Shown here piece by piece: positions 15,937 through 25,717 of a stretch of DNA of 64,000 nt (its first letter is position 1; each line of letters begins with the position of its first letter). The notes below the pieces were generated by a model, which was given only the letters and a program-made list of their open reading frames with translations, had not been told where the DNA came from and did no database searches. Position numbers and translations under genes: made by a program. The DNA is from a virus, in the IMG/VR virus record IMGVR_UViG_3300032753_000003, positions 96,001-160,000 of that record; one strand, 5' to 3'.

Positions 15937-16530
15937 ATGAAAATAAACGAACTAGAACGCAACACCCTAAGCAAGACTGGCTTGCATCTTCCGCGCAAGC
16001 GTTCTCAATTTCCTAAAGAACTGCCATTCAAAATAGAAGGTTTTGAATTGCGTTATATTAAGAACAATTGGGGAGAAACTACAGTATCTGCCTGGGATGG
16101 CGATACAGAAGTTATGGAGATAACACTAGAACCAATTGCCTATCAAAGCATACGATGCCATAGTATTATAAAAGCTGTGGTAAATCCGCAATACCAAGGC
16201 AAAGGGTTGGGCCTATCTCTATACAAGGGTTTGATAATAAATTTGGATATGCCTATCATCAGCAACGACAGTCACAGTCCCGGTGCTAGAAAGATGTGGG
16301 TCAGGTTAAATCAAGATCCAGCCGTAGATGTATATGGATTTGATTTAAGTTCAAACCGAGTGTTTGCCGTTGGTCCAGATGAATCGGGCACAGAATTATC
16401 TGCATCATCAAAGGACGTTGAACTATACGGACAGCCAAGCACTGGCGTAATAGCTACACGTAAAAACGGACAAGCAGATACCATTATGAAATCCCTACTT
16501 AGACAAAGCCAAATAAAACATAGCGGTTGA
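15937..16530 (+). CDS. GNAT-fold acetyltransferase-like protein (MKINE N-terminus)
   Basis: VNPQYQGKGLGLSLY motif A; paralogue of 3479..4117. Confidence 0.72.
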   Translation: MKINELERNTLSKTGLHLPRKRSQFPKELPFKIEGFELRYIKNNWGETTVSAWDGDTEVMEITLEPIAYQSIRCHSIIKAVVNPQYQGKGLGLSLYKGLIINLDMPIISNDSHSPGARKMWVRLNQDPAVDVYGFDLSSNRVFAVGPDESGTELSASSKDVELYGQPSTGVIATRKNGQADTIMKSLLRQSQIKHSG

Positions 16531-16578
16531 CAAACTAGATATACATGTTATAGTATTCCCATCCTCAGGAGAATCAAC

Positions 16579-16887
16579 ATGGATGTAAATTTCATTTGGA
16601 TTGGATATTGCAACCGAGACAATCACGACAAAGTTTGGGGCATCCTTTGCATGAACAACTTTAGTGGAGGTGTTCCTCATGGAACTCCTGTACATATTTT
16701 TTGGGGAGGCAGAGGCAAATCACTATCGTTTAAATCTGACAAAATGAATTTCCCTCTACATAAGTTAATTGACACAAAGGAGGGCAAGGGTTATAGGAGG
16801 ATCAGCGCTACGGATCTACGTAGCATGTGTACTGATTTTGACGATACTCTAAAACAGCGATTGACCCTACATATATTGAGTCAATAA
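16579..16887 (+). CDS. WGR-like domain protein
   Basis: HDKVWG...WGGRG...KEGKGY. Confidence 0.5.
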   Translation: MDVNFIWIGYCNRDNHDKVWGILCMNNFSGGVPHGTPVHIFWGGRGKSLSFKSDKMNFPLHKLIDTKEGKGYRRISATDLRSMCTDFDDTLKQRLTLHILSQ

Positions 16888-16962
16888 TTTGTTATAAATC
16901 TTGCATCTATTTGTTTTGTATAATACAATAGATCATAAGGGTTAGACATTAGAGAGAGAAAA

Positions 16963-17511
16963 ATGGCAGAGCAAAAAGATCAACTGGACGAAAATAACAT
17001 CTACCTCTTCATGGAGGATTTCACTAACAAGACTGTGAAGCCGGTGATCGATTGGATACTGCAAAAGAATCTCGCACCAACCAAGAGCCGGCCAAAGCAT
17101 CTAACTCTTATGATCAATAGTCCCGGCGGCGAAGTACATTCTGCGTTTGCCTTGATTGATATCATGAAGGGTAGCACTATTCCTGTCCGTACTGTAGGAC
17201 TTGGTATGATCGCTAGCTGTGGACTATTGACATTTATGAGTGGTGAGAAGGGTCACCGGGTAATTACTCCAAATACCAGTATATTGAGCCATCAGTATAG
17301 TTGGGGATCGTATGGCAAGGAGCACGAGCTATTTGCTAGGGTCAAGGAGTTTGAGCTAAGCACTGAACGCATGTTAGAACATTACAAGAAGTGTACTGGT
17401 CTAAATGAAAAAGATGTGCGCAAGTATCTACTACCTGAAAAGGATGTTTGGTTGAGTGCCGAAGAAGCAGTCAAGCATGGTATTGCAGATGAGATCAAAG
17501 AGACGTATTAA
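16963..17511 (+). CDS. clpP: ClpP-like protease
   Basis: INSPGG, IASCG, ILSHQ, WLSAEEAVKHGIAD. Confidence 0.9.
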   Translation: MAEQKDQLDENNIYLFMEDFTNKTVKPVIDWILQKNLAPTKSRPKHLTLMINSPGGEVHSAFALIDIMKGSTIPVRTVGLGMIASCGLLTFMSGEKGHRVITPNTSILSHQYSWGSYGKEHELFARVKEFELSTERMLEHYKKCTGLNEKDVRKYLLPEKDVWLSAEEAVKHGIADEIKETY

Positions 17512-17555
17512 GTGATACTTATTTCTACTAAAAACTAAATTGGTAAATTTATAAT

Positions 17556-18229
17556 ATGAAGCCAGTTATAATCTATAGTATGCAAAGGACTCGTAGTAGT
17601 GCAGTGCTTTATTCTTGTATACGAACACAACGTTTATACGAGCCCTTTGGCATAGATACAATTTTTGACGGACATTGGCGAGCACATTCGTTGTTTCCAA
17701 CATTTAACAAATACGTTTCAGATTTAGATTGGACATCATTAATAGAAAAAATGAATGATCCTAATTCAGTAACTAAAATTTTTGGATACCATATATGGAA
17801 ATCTAAAAATGGCAGAAAATGGTTTGAAAGTGCTATTAAAGACAATACACATGATATATTTGTATTAGAAAGAGATTGGATGGAAATAGGATTGTCTAGC
17901 TGTTTGGCTAGGATCACAGGATATGATATTGATCATGAGAAAAAAGATTTCCAATTTCAGTAGACGACGAAACATTTAATAATTTAACTATGCAACTAGA
18001 TTCTTTCATAAGATTTTATCCATCTAGAGGTCAATTAATCACATATGAGAATCTACCAAATAGTCACTTTAATAAAGAATTAAATCATATAATAAATCAG
18101 ACGTCTAATCTTAAGTTGCAACTTATTCAAAATCTTGAATGGACTAAAAAGGTTATAGAAGATATATATGATTTCTATAAAGACGAATGGGATGCAAAAA
18201 GAAATGCGTTGCTAACTTCGAACAGTTGA
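17556..18229 (+). pseudogene. Sulfotransferase-like protein, frameshifted near 17961
   Basis: YSMQRTRSS N-terminus; second frame VDDETFNNLTMQLD...ITYE continues. Confidence 0.45.
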
Positions 18230-18276
18230 CAACATCTTAAAAGATGTTATTATATTTGAAGTAAATACAGTCACAA

Positions 18277-18350
18277 GCGGGTGTAGCTCAATGGTAGAGC
18301 CACTGCCTTCCAAGCAGAAGACGAGGGTTCGATTCCCTTCACCCGCTCCA
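18277..18350 (+). tRNA. tRNA-Gly(UCC)
   Basis: Loop CTTCCAA, U73, CCA. Confidence 0.95.
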
Positions 18351-18360
18351 ATTATACAAA

Positions 18361-18436
18361 GGGTCCTTAGCTCAGTGGTAGTAGCGCTATCTTTACACGG
18401 TAGATGTCGTAGGTTCGACCCCTACAGGACCCACCA
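18361..18436 (+). tRNA. tRNA-Val(UAC)
   Basis: Loop TTTACAC, CCA. Confidence 0.93.
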
Positions 18437-18442
18437 TAAATT

Positions 18443-18526
18443 GCACTAGTGGCGGAATGGTAGACGTGATGGTCTTAGGAACCATTGCTGAAAGGCGTGG
18501 GGGTTCGAGTCCCTCCTGGTGCACCA
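18443..18526 (+). tRNA. tRNA-Leu(UAG)
   Basis: Loop CTTAGGA, V-arm, CCA. Confidence 0.93.
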
Positions 18527-18550
18527 ACCAATATAACAGAGGATGAAAGC

Positions 18551-18898
18551 ATGTATTATCGAGTGAACATTAACCTACCATCTACTCGTAAACAAAACAG
18601 CAAGCTGGTAAATTACATCGAGCCTCTTCGAGCCAAAGGTCTAGTTGAAGTTGGCAAGACCTACAAGCTTAATCTAAATAATCACTCGCTCTATCAAGAA
18701 CCCACTTGGGCTGGTGCCAATTACGATAATCCATTCTGGTTCACAGATAGAACTCTAGCAGAGAAGTTCATTGAAGATTGGGACGAACTAGCTGTCAAGC
18801 GAGAAGTGTATAGCAAGTTGGCATACAATCGAATGGCGAAGTTCTTTACAGAAATTAGCCAAGTAGAAGAAGTCAAAGAGTTCAAAGATTTTATCTAA
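18551..18898 (+). CDS. Hypothetical protein
   Basis: GAGGA RBS, ATG 18551. Confidence 0.65.
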   Translation: MYYRVNINLPSTRKQNSKLVNYIEPLRAKGLVEVGKTYKLNLNNHSLYQEPTWAGANYDNPFWFTDRTLAEKFIEDWDELAVKREVYSKLAYNRMAKFFTEISQVEEVKEFKDFI

Positions 18899-19108
18899 TA
18901 TTAGATTGCGCTGCTGTTAGCAGAGTGAACAAGGTACCAATTCGTGGCTAGATCGAGCTCGACGCTTCGAGTCAAATTGGACAATACCAAGTAGCTTCAG
19001 AGTAACGATCTGACAGCGCAAGCTATCTTTTATCTTTTACACCAAACATCTAGTGATGTGCTATTAACCCATGGTATCTGTTTGTGTTTGAGATAGGCAT
19101 ATTGCCAT

Positions 19109-19222
19109 TCATGCAGCTACGAATACGTCTGCAGAATAAGGTACAACTAAGTTGTTGAAAATACTTTGCCAAACTGTCTCAAACGACCAAAAATGTCCAG
19201 ATAGGCAAACTGCTACTTTCAC
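19109..19222 (-). pseudogene. 5' remnant of a glycosyltransferase-like phage gene
   Basis: MKVAVCLSGHF...ADVFVAA* resembles the common MKIAVCLSG...DVFIHTW N-terminus. Confidence 0.4.
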
Positions 19223-19341
19223 ATTAACTATCCTTTGTGATTATAACTTTATAATAGTGTAATATATCAGTCTCTGTATACCAAATTGGCATTAGATTTT
19301 CTTCAAACTAAATATTATTGGTATTTGAAGGAGAGACTGTC

Positions 19342-20151
19342 GTGACCAAAAGATCTTACGGATGGAAACAATCTAAACCTGATCCACGTGATCACAAACT
19401 TAAAACTATAAATCCTGCAGTATATAATAGTTTACCTGCCTCCGTTGATTTGAGGCAATATGTACCAGAAGTTTTAGATCAAGGCGATTTGCAATCATGT
19501 ACAGCTAACAGTATCAGTATGGCAATAAGAGTTGCTAGAGCAATACAAAAATTACCCGATTTGCAACCATCAAGATTGTTCATCTATTACAATGAACGAC
19601 TATTAGAAGGCACAGTTGATCAAGACGCAGGTGCCGAACTTAGAGATGGTGCAAAGGTAGTAGCTACATACGGTGCACCTGCTGAATCAGTTTGGGCATA
19701 TGTAGATAACAACTTATATGTTGAACCAAGCAAAGAGGCCTATGAATCTGCGGTACAGGATGAAGTCAACAAATATCTAGCTGTAGACCAAACCCTAAAT
19801 GAACTCAAGTTGTGTTTGCACGAAGGTTTTCCATTTGTGTTTGGTGCTATGCTGTATTCTGCATTTGAATCAGACGATGTAGCAAAAACTGGTATTGTAC
19901 CGATGCCAGATCCCAATGATCAGCTGATTGGCGGTCATGCATTATGCTGCGTTGGTTATGATGATAGCCGCAAGGTATTCATAGTTCTTAACAGTTGGAG
20001 CGACACTTGGGGTGATCACGGATATTGTTATTTCCCATATGATTATATGACCAATCCAAATCTGTGTTTAGACTTCTGGACTATTAGGAATATTGCTCCC
20101 ACTGATCCTAATAGACAATGGGTTATTCCAAATGTTAATGCACAAGCATAG
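19342..20151 (+). CDS. Papain-like cysteine peptidase (C1A)
   Basis: QGDLQSCTAN, GGHALCCVGY, NSWSDTWG. Confidence 0.92.
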   Translation: MTKRSYGWKQSKPDPRDHKLKTINPAVYNSLPASVDLRQYVPEVLDQGDLQSCTANSISMAIRVARAIQKLPDLQPSRLFIYYNERLLEGTVDQDAGAELRDGAKVVATYGAPAESVWAYVDNNLYVEPSKEAYESAVQDEVNKYLAVDQTLNELKLCLHEGFPFVFGAMLYSAFESDDVAKTGIVPMPDPNDQLIGGHALCCVGYDDSRKVFIVLNSWSDTWGDHGYCYFPYDYMTNPNLCLDFWTIRNIAPTDPNRQWVIPNVNAQA

Positions 20152-20187
20152 TTGATATATTATAGATAATGTGTTAATATAAATTGT

Positions 20188-20262
20188 GGAACGGTGGCAG
20201 AGTAGTTATGCAACAGCCTGCAAAGCTGTATTAGGTAGGTTCAATTCCTACCCGTTCCTCCA
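20188..20262 (+). tRNA. tRNA-Cys(GCA)
   Basis: Loop CTGCAAA, U73, CCA. Confidence 0.92.
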
Positions 20263-20284
20263 ATTCCTACCCGTTCCTCCAATT
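20242..20284 (+). repeat. 19-bp tandem duplication of the tRNA-Cys 3' end
   Basis: CAATTCCTACCCGTTCCTC twice, then CAATT. Confidence 0.9.
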
Positions 20285-20295
20285 TGGTTAACATA

Positions 20296-20502
20296 ATGCA
20301 AGACGATGGTTTCAAAGTATTAATTTGTGACCCAATTGATATAGTAAACATTTACGAATGGTTTCTAGATCAAGGTATATCTGTAAAAGATATTAGCCTT
20401 GTTGACGTAAGTGATGTTAGCGCATTTGATACCATACTGGAAGTGGTATTTGATAACAAAGAAGATGCTATGTTTTTTAATATCACATGGGGCGGTAAAT
20501 GA
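20296..20502 (+). CDS. Hypothetical protein
   Basis: Acidic ORF coupled to the next gene (ATGA). Confidence 0.55.
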   Translation: MQDDGFKVLICDPIDIVNIYEWFLDQGISVKDISLVDVSDVSAFDTILEVVFDNKEDAMFFNITWGGK

Positions 20503-20720
20503 AGGTAGATAAGTTTCTCAAATGGTTTGCTACTTTTACACTGATTGTTGGTGCTATCCTCACCAGCATGGACATCCGTCCTTGGAACATATGGGCGTTT
20601 AATACAGCCAATTTGTCTTGGTTAATAGTTGGTATTATCTGGAAGGAGTGGAGCCTGGTGGTTATGAACGGTGTGTTGATAGCTATCTATGCCTACGGAT
20701 TATTGTTTACTTTTGGATAA
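20499..20720 (+). CDS. Small multi-pass membrane protein
   Basis: Three hydrophobic segments, W-rich. Confidence 0.7.
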   Translation: MKVDKFLKWFATFTLIVGAILTSMDIRPWNIWAFNTANLSWLIVGIIWKEWSLVVMNGVLIAIYAYGLLFTFG

Positions 20721-20770
20721 TGACTATTGAGTTTTTGCTATTTAGACGCTATAGTTAAGATTATAAATGA

Positions 20771-20846
20771 TGCGGATTAGAGAAGTGGTCATCTCGCTTG
20801 GTTCATACCCAGGAAATCGAAAGTTCGAATCTTTCATCCGCAACCA
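20771..20846 (+). tRNA. tRNA-Met(CAU), initiator-like
   Basis: TGCGGAT acceptor, AGAGAAGTGGTCATCTC D-arm, loop TTCATAC, CCA. Confidence 0.8.
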
Positions 20847-20858
20847 CCTCTCATAGAG

Positions 20859-21065
20859 ATGCCAATGACCATAGACGAATTTGCTAAAAATCTAGCGCTT
20901 GACCTGCGCAACAAATCTTTAGAAATATCCAAGAAGGTACAGAACGGAAAGTCTGACGGGTTCCATGCGTTAGTGGATGCTACTATTGCGTCCACTCTCA
21001 TGCATGTAGCAGATTCAGTCTTAGAGGCGTCAATTGAAAAGATCAGTAATCATACAATACGTTGA
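20859..21065 (+). CDS. Hypothetical protein
   Basis: 68-aa ORF. Confidence 0.5.
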   Translation: MPMTIDEFAKNLALDLRNKSLEISKKVQNGKSDGFHALVDATIASTLMHVADSVLEASIEKISNHTIR

Positions 21066-21124
21066 TATCTATTTTTAACACCTGGTAAATAATATGCTAT
21101 CTAATTAGCAAGTACCGGGGGTAA

Positions 21125-21364
21125 TTGGCTGTGAAAGATCTAGAATCAAGATTCATCAGCGAATTTGAATTGATATATAGACATCGACGCAATTGGAATA
21201 GAACTATCAAAAGCTCGATTAGGATAATAACTAGCAGTGTTGTGGCTATCTATATCTTGGTCAAATGGTTAAATTCTACAGCCCCGCAAACTGATCTTAT
21301 GGTTTATATCTTAGCTATAGGTTACGGATTAGCAGAATTTATAGGTGTTGTTGAAAATTGGTAG
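21125..21364 (+). CDS. Small membrane protein
   Basis: Two hydrophobic segments; GGGG RBS. Confidence 0.5.
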   Translation: MAVKDLESRFISEFELIYRHRRNWNRTIKSSIRIITSSVVAIYILVKWLNSTAPQTDLMVYILAIGYGLAEFIGVVENW

Positions 21365-21403
21365 GTATTTAACTTTAGCAATTTATCTAAATAAACACAG
21401 CAT

Positions 21404-21479
21404 GCATCTGTAGCTCAATGGACAGAGCATTGCCCTCCGAAGGCAAGGGTCAAAGGTTCAAATCCTTTCGGGTGCTCCA
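21404..21479 (+). tRNA. tRNA-Arg(CCG)
   Basis: Loop CTCCGAA, CCA. Confidence 0.9.
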
Positions 21480-21555
21480 TTAATATACTTAAAATTACTA
21501 TCTTCTAATATTACAGATTCAATTAAATAAAGCTGTTGATCAACTAAGGATATGC

Positions 21556-22605
21556 ATGTCAAGGATATTGTTAATACTCAAGAGACGAGAAGATTTTAAT
21601 AGCACTATAAATAACAAGATAGGGTTGAGCACCGGTCTATACAATTCAGCAAACTTTGTCAATGAAATGTTAATACAACAGGGAATTGAATCTAAGCTGG
21701 TAGTTGTTATAGACAATAACGACATCGATAGAGAAGTCGCTGCCTATCGACCAACACACGTTGTAATAGAAGCGTTATGGGTAGTACCTAGCAAGTTTGC
21801 AATACTACAGAAGTTGCACCCAAATGTAACATGGATCATAAGGTTACACTCTGAAATGCCTTTCATGGCCGGGGAAGGTGTAGCTATGGATTGGCTAGGC
21901 GATTACAGCAGTTTCAAAAACATCATTATTGCGTGCAATGCACCACGCATGTTAAGAGAAGTTAAGACCTATTTAAGAATAAGAAACTCTTGGTCTAGCG
22001 AAACAGCAGATTCAAAGATCATTTATCTTCCCAATCACTATCCACAGAATTACAAGACTAAATCAATAGATAAAAACAAAGATTACGTTGACATCAGTTG
22101 CTTTGGTGCAATTAGACCGTTGAAAAATCATTTGTTACAAGCCATAGCAGCAGTTGAGTTTGCAGATAGTATAGGCAAGAAGTTGAGATTTCATGTCAAC
22201 GCAGGTCGCATTGAGATGAAGGGCGAACCAATGATCAACAACCTAAAAGGTCTATTCATGCAATTGGCTGAACGAGGTCATTCATTAGTTAATAATCAAT
22301 GGATGCCGCACGAAGAATTTATAACATTGTGTGAAACAATGGATATTGGCATGCAGGTTAGCTTCTCCGAGACGTTTAATATAGTTGGTGCCAACCTTAT
22401 CAGTCAAGGTGTACCTGTGGTAGGCAGCAAGGAAATACCTTGGATGCCAGCTGATAACTGTGCCGATCCCACTGACAGTGCAGATATGATAAGTAAGCTT
22501 CTTGCTACATGGAATGATCCATTAGCTAATGTAACATCTAATCAGGCAGCACTAACGACATATACAAATAATACACAAACGATGTGGAATAACTATTTCA
22601 AATAA
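21556..22605 (+). CDS. Glycosyltransferase (GT-B, GT4-like)
   Basis: FGAIRPLKN and SFSETFNIVGANLISQGVPVV motifs. Confidence 0.65.
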   Translation: MSRILLILKRREDFNSTINNKIGLSTGLYNSANFVNEMLIQQGIESKLVVVIDNNDIDREVAAYRPTHVVIEALWVVPSKFAILQKLHPNVTWIIRLHSEMPFMAGEGVAMDWLGDYSSFKNIIIACNAPRMLREVKTYLRIRNSWSSETADSKIIYLPNHYPQNYKTKSIDKNKDYVDISCFGAIRPLKNHLLQAIAAVEFADSIGKKLRFHVNAGRIEMKGEPMINNLKGLFMQLAERGHSLVNNQWMPHEEFITLCETMDIGMQVSFSETFNIVGANLISQGVPVVGSKEIPWMPADNCADPTDSADMISKLLATWNDPLANVTSNQAALTTYTNNTQTMWNNYFK

Positions 22606-22617
22606 AGGAGAAACAAC

Positions 22618-22821
22618 ATGAGCAAGAGACACGGATGGCATAAGGTTAAGGTACATCGTTGGAAGGACGGATTACTTAACGTAGAAGAAATATTTTTCGA
22701 TACCTATGAGCACGCAGTTGAGTGGTGCAAGACTATTGTAGCTGATAGCATTAAAATATTTGATAGTCTCGATGTATTGGTATATAGTGGAAATTGCACT
22801 GATATTGATTTTTATGCCTAA
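22618..22821 (+). CDS. Hypothetical protein
   Basis: AAGGAG RBS. Confidence 0.6.
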   Translation: MSKRHGWHKVKVHRWKDGLLNVEEIFFDTYEHAVEWCKTIVADSIKIFDSLDVLVYSGNCTDIDFYA

Positions 22822-22846
22822 TTTTTTAAAAATATCGTTTTAATGG

Positions 22847-22875
22847 TTGACCTAATTTACTAAAGGTCTTATATT
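22847..22875 (+). promoter_or_regulatory. sigma70-like promoter of the large ncRNA
   Basis: TTGACC-N17-TATATT. Confidence 0.65.
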
Positions 22876-22884
22876 AACAATATA

Positions 22885-23700
22885 GACGCTGAGGACAACG
22901 CAAGTTGAACTTGGTGCAGAAATTGGTTGCATGAACCAATAAGCTGGGTGACCAGTAAATTGCGGTGAAGCCTACATAACCGCGCCGTAACTTGTTACGG
23001 AAATCATGCAAGCTTGGGTTAGACTTGACTCGGTAATACCGAAAGCAAGTCCCGTCAGTAGAATGGCGGTATGCGGTAAGTTACCGCAATGGGTCCGAAA
23101 GGATAGTGTCAGAGCCAATCGGTGAGACACAATGTGGTTGGCGCCACAGCCTATTGCACGCCAGGGTAACGAGCGCAGAAGACCAACAGGTGGATGTGAG
23201 TCTGACTGTTCGCGCAGAAAGGCAAAGCATCAGTTCAAAAGTCAAAGGGATAACCGGAGACTTGAAGAACAGCTAAGTAGCCCGCAAGGTGAAAAGTATG
23301 CGGCGTGGTGTATTGGGTATGCCAAAAGCATATTCAGCAACTGAGGTAGCACGTCGTTGTTAGGTTGATAAAAAGCAAAGACTACCTCGGTTACATAGGT
23401 AAGGTATCAAATACTTGACTCGCAAGAGAATCAAGTCTAATAGACCTCGCAAGGGAATATTAGTTAGTCATGGATGTTTCATAGACGGTTAGCGCTGTCG
23501 AACTGCTCGCAAGGTAGGTGGGAAGAAAGTGGCTGAGAACTATGTAATGACACCGCGGAACGTGAGCGGTATATAAGAACGTGATACTAGTGAATACAAA
23601 TGTACCGCAAGGACATTTGTGGTCAAGAAATTAACAGATCCCGCAAGGATGCTGGTACGGTTTCTAAGGTCACTGTATAAAGCTGTAGGCTCAAGCTTTT
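22885..23700 (+). ncRNA. Large ornate ncRNA, probably GOLLD-like
   Basis: ~820 nt without a credible ORF, GC above background, at least six CGCAAG tetraloop hairpins, own promoter and terminator, tRNA-rich phage context. Confidence 0.65.
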
Positions 23701-23701
23701 C

Positions 23702-23730
23702 AAAACACCAAACATAATGTTTGGTGTTTT
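23702..23730 (+). terminator. Hairpin closing the large ncRNA
   Basis: AAAACACCAAAC-ATAAT-GTTTGGTGTTTT. Confidence 0.7.
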
Positions 23731-23749
23731 CTATTAAAGAATAGGCATC

Positions 23750-24370
23750 ATGCAAAAGCGTAAATTTCAAGAAAAGTTTATAGATTCTATTCTTGATCAC
23801 GCTAACAGTTTACAATCATTAATGGTAGTCAAATCAAACGTAGATCGTGAGATATCAGAACTCTCATTAAAACGTAAACAATTACATTCTACTCTTAAGA
23901 AAGAAACTACATTAAGGTTACAAAGTTTTTATCTTCTTAGAAAACGCATTGAAATTATGTTACCGTCTTTTATAGACGATGCAACAAAACTACAATTAGA
24001 ATTGCTCGTTCCTGAACACGAACGGACTGACATTTATCGATATAGATGTATGTGTGCATTTAAATTAACTGCAAATGAGTTGCAGCACGTCAAGGGATAT
24101 GATCTATTAGTCAAATATGGATATTACAACTCTATTAATACAATTGGAGTTGTTAAAGATCATCGACTTTCAATCAAAGCTGGATTTATATCCAAAATTA
24201 ATCCAGAACTTCTATCTCATCCTGCAAACTGCGAATTTTTATTGCACAAAGATAATTTAAACAAATCATCTAATTCGTCAATTACATTAGACGATTTGCA
24301 AAAAGAAATTGTTGATTGGAATAATAGAGCTAATCAAAAAACAAAAAGATGGAAAACATTCTCTAATTAA
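23750..24370 (+). CDS. HNH-like endonuclease
   Basis: KDHRLSIKAGF...LSHPANCEFLLHKDN. Confidence 0.6.
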   Translation: MQKRKFQEKFIDSILDHANSLQSLMVVKSNVDREISELSLKRKQLHSTLKKETTLRLQSFYLLRKRIEIMLPSFIDDATKLQLELLVPEHERTDIYRYRCMCAFKLTANELQHVKGYDLLVKYGYYNSINTIGVVKDHRLSIKAGFISKINPELLSHPANCEFLLHKDNLNKSSNSSITLDDLQKEIVDWNNRANQKTKRWKTFSN

Positions 24371-24429
24371 TAATCAAATTATTGAAAATGTTATTATAAA
24401 ATTTATCGAATGAATCAAATTAAAAATTT

Positions 24430-24453
24430 GAAATGGCCCTACGGGGCCATTTC
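24430..24453. terminator. Intrinsic terminator-like hairpin
   Basis: GAAATGGCCC-TACG-GGGCCATTTC. Confidence 0.6.
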
Positions 24454-24562
24454 TCATGATCTGTGCATATTCAAAAGATTTTAGTTGACCCTTAAAGACA
24501 AAAACTATAGTGTAATAAACATCTTAGTAAGGTTGGTATATCTAAACTTTTGGAGTCAAAAT

Positions 24563-25717
24563 ATGTCTGCAACCAATTCAGTGAATAATCCTGTACCTAG
24601 CACATATGCTACTAAAAGAAACCGTCGTTTTTCCGATAAAACATTCCACGCAGTTTCTTTGAAAGAACGATTCGGCACCGTTTTGAACAGTTTACCTGTA
24701 CATGAGCAGAGAGTGGTACGTGCTAGACTGGTATCAGCAGAATCTGAATTTCGACGTAACTATCCTAATCTTACCAAATGGTCTGATATAGAATTGTGCG
24801 ATGCAAAGGAAGCTAAGTTAAGTGATGTTTATATTGATATCACCATGCAACGTAGGTTAAATCTACATTGGGTTAGCCAACTACTCGGTAAGTTTAGAAT
24901 GATCAGTGTAATGCCAATTTCAGTTTATCTAGATGCTACAACTGGAAAATTTATGGCGTGGGACGGGCAGCATACCGTTATGTTGCTATGGTATATTGCA
25001 ACACAGATCTTTGGAGAAGATCCAGAGAATGTTACTATTCCCGTTGTAATTTATAAAAATGCTCATAAGAGCGATATGCGGTTTAATTTTGTGGTTTTGA
25101 ACGGCGGCGAAGCCAAAATGGCATTGGACGATATTGACAAAATTGAACAGGAAATTTTTGGTGTTCGAGTTGACGGTAATACCAATCCAAAATGGAAAGA
25201 AACTGAACAAAAGCAATGCAGTTTAGAGAAGTATGACCTTTTCATTACACACGAAAAGTTTGGTGATGAAAAAGAAGTTAACGCTATATCTCGAGCAGAA
25301 GAGTTCAAGAAGATGAGGGTAACAAGCTTCGATTGGTTATGCAACTATCTTAGCTTTGCCACAAAGGGAAGCCAACCAGTTGAACCAAAAGAATTAGTAA
25401 TGATGGAACACTATTTCACACGATGTTTGATAGACAACATAAAAGTTGACGATGTGTATATTGCCGACCTTGCTACTACAATTGACAACTTGTGGGATTG
25501 TGATTTTGAACCAGAAGGCAAGTTTTGGACTAAAGCTAAGACTGCATATTATGAATGGCATTACAAAATGAATATAGATAAGGATGCTCGTTTTACTAAA
25601 CATACGTTGCACGGATTTCCATTTTTAATTGCACAACTTAAGAAAAGTTTCAAGCATCCTACGCCATTTAATGACAGCAGTAGCGAATTTTATCCTCTAA
25701 CAACGAGTCTAGACTGA
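24563..25717 (+). CDS. ParB/Srx-like N-terminal domain protein
   Basis: IDITMQRRLN...PISVY...WDGQHT. Confidence 0.55.
   Translation: MSATNSVNNPVPSTYATKRNRRFSDKTFHAVSLKERFGTVLNSLPVHEQRVVRARLVSAESEFRRNYPNLTKWSDIELCDAKEAKLSDVYIDITMQRRLNLHWVSQLLGKFRMISVMPISVYLDATTGKFMAWDGQHTVMLLWYIATQIFGEDPENVTIPVVIYKNAHKSDMRFNFVVLNGGEAKMALDDIDKIEQEIFGVRVDGNTNPKWKETEQKQCSLEKYDLFITHEKFGDEKEVNAISRAEEFKKMRVTSFDWLCNYLSFATKGSQPVEPKELVMMEHYFTRCLIDNIKVDDVYIADLATTIDNLWDCDFEPEGKFWTKAKTAYYEWHYKMNIDKDARFTKHTLHGFPFLIAQLKKSFKHPTPFNDSSSEFYPLTTSLD

Noticed and set aside
23132-23800. ORFs 23132..23344 and 23540..23800
   Set aside because: They fall inside the hairpin-dense large RNA, have no RBS and no recognisable motifs.
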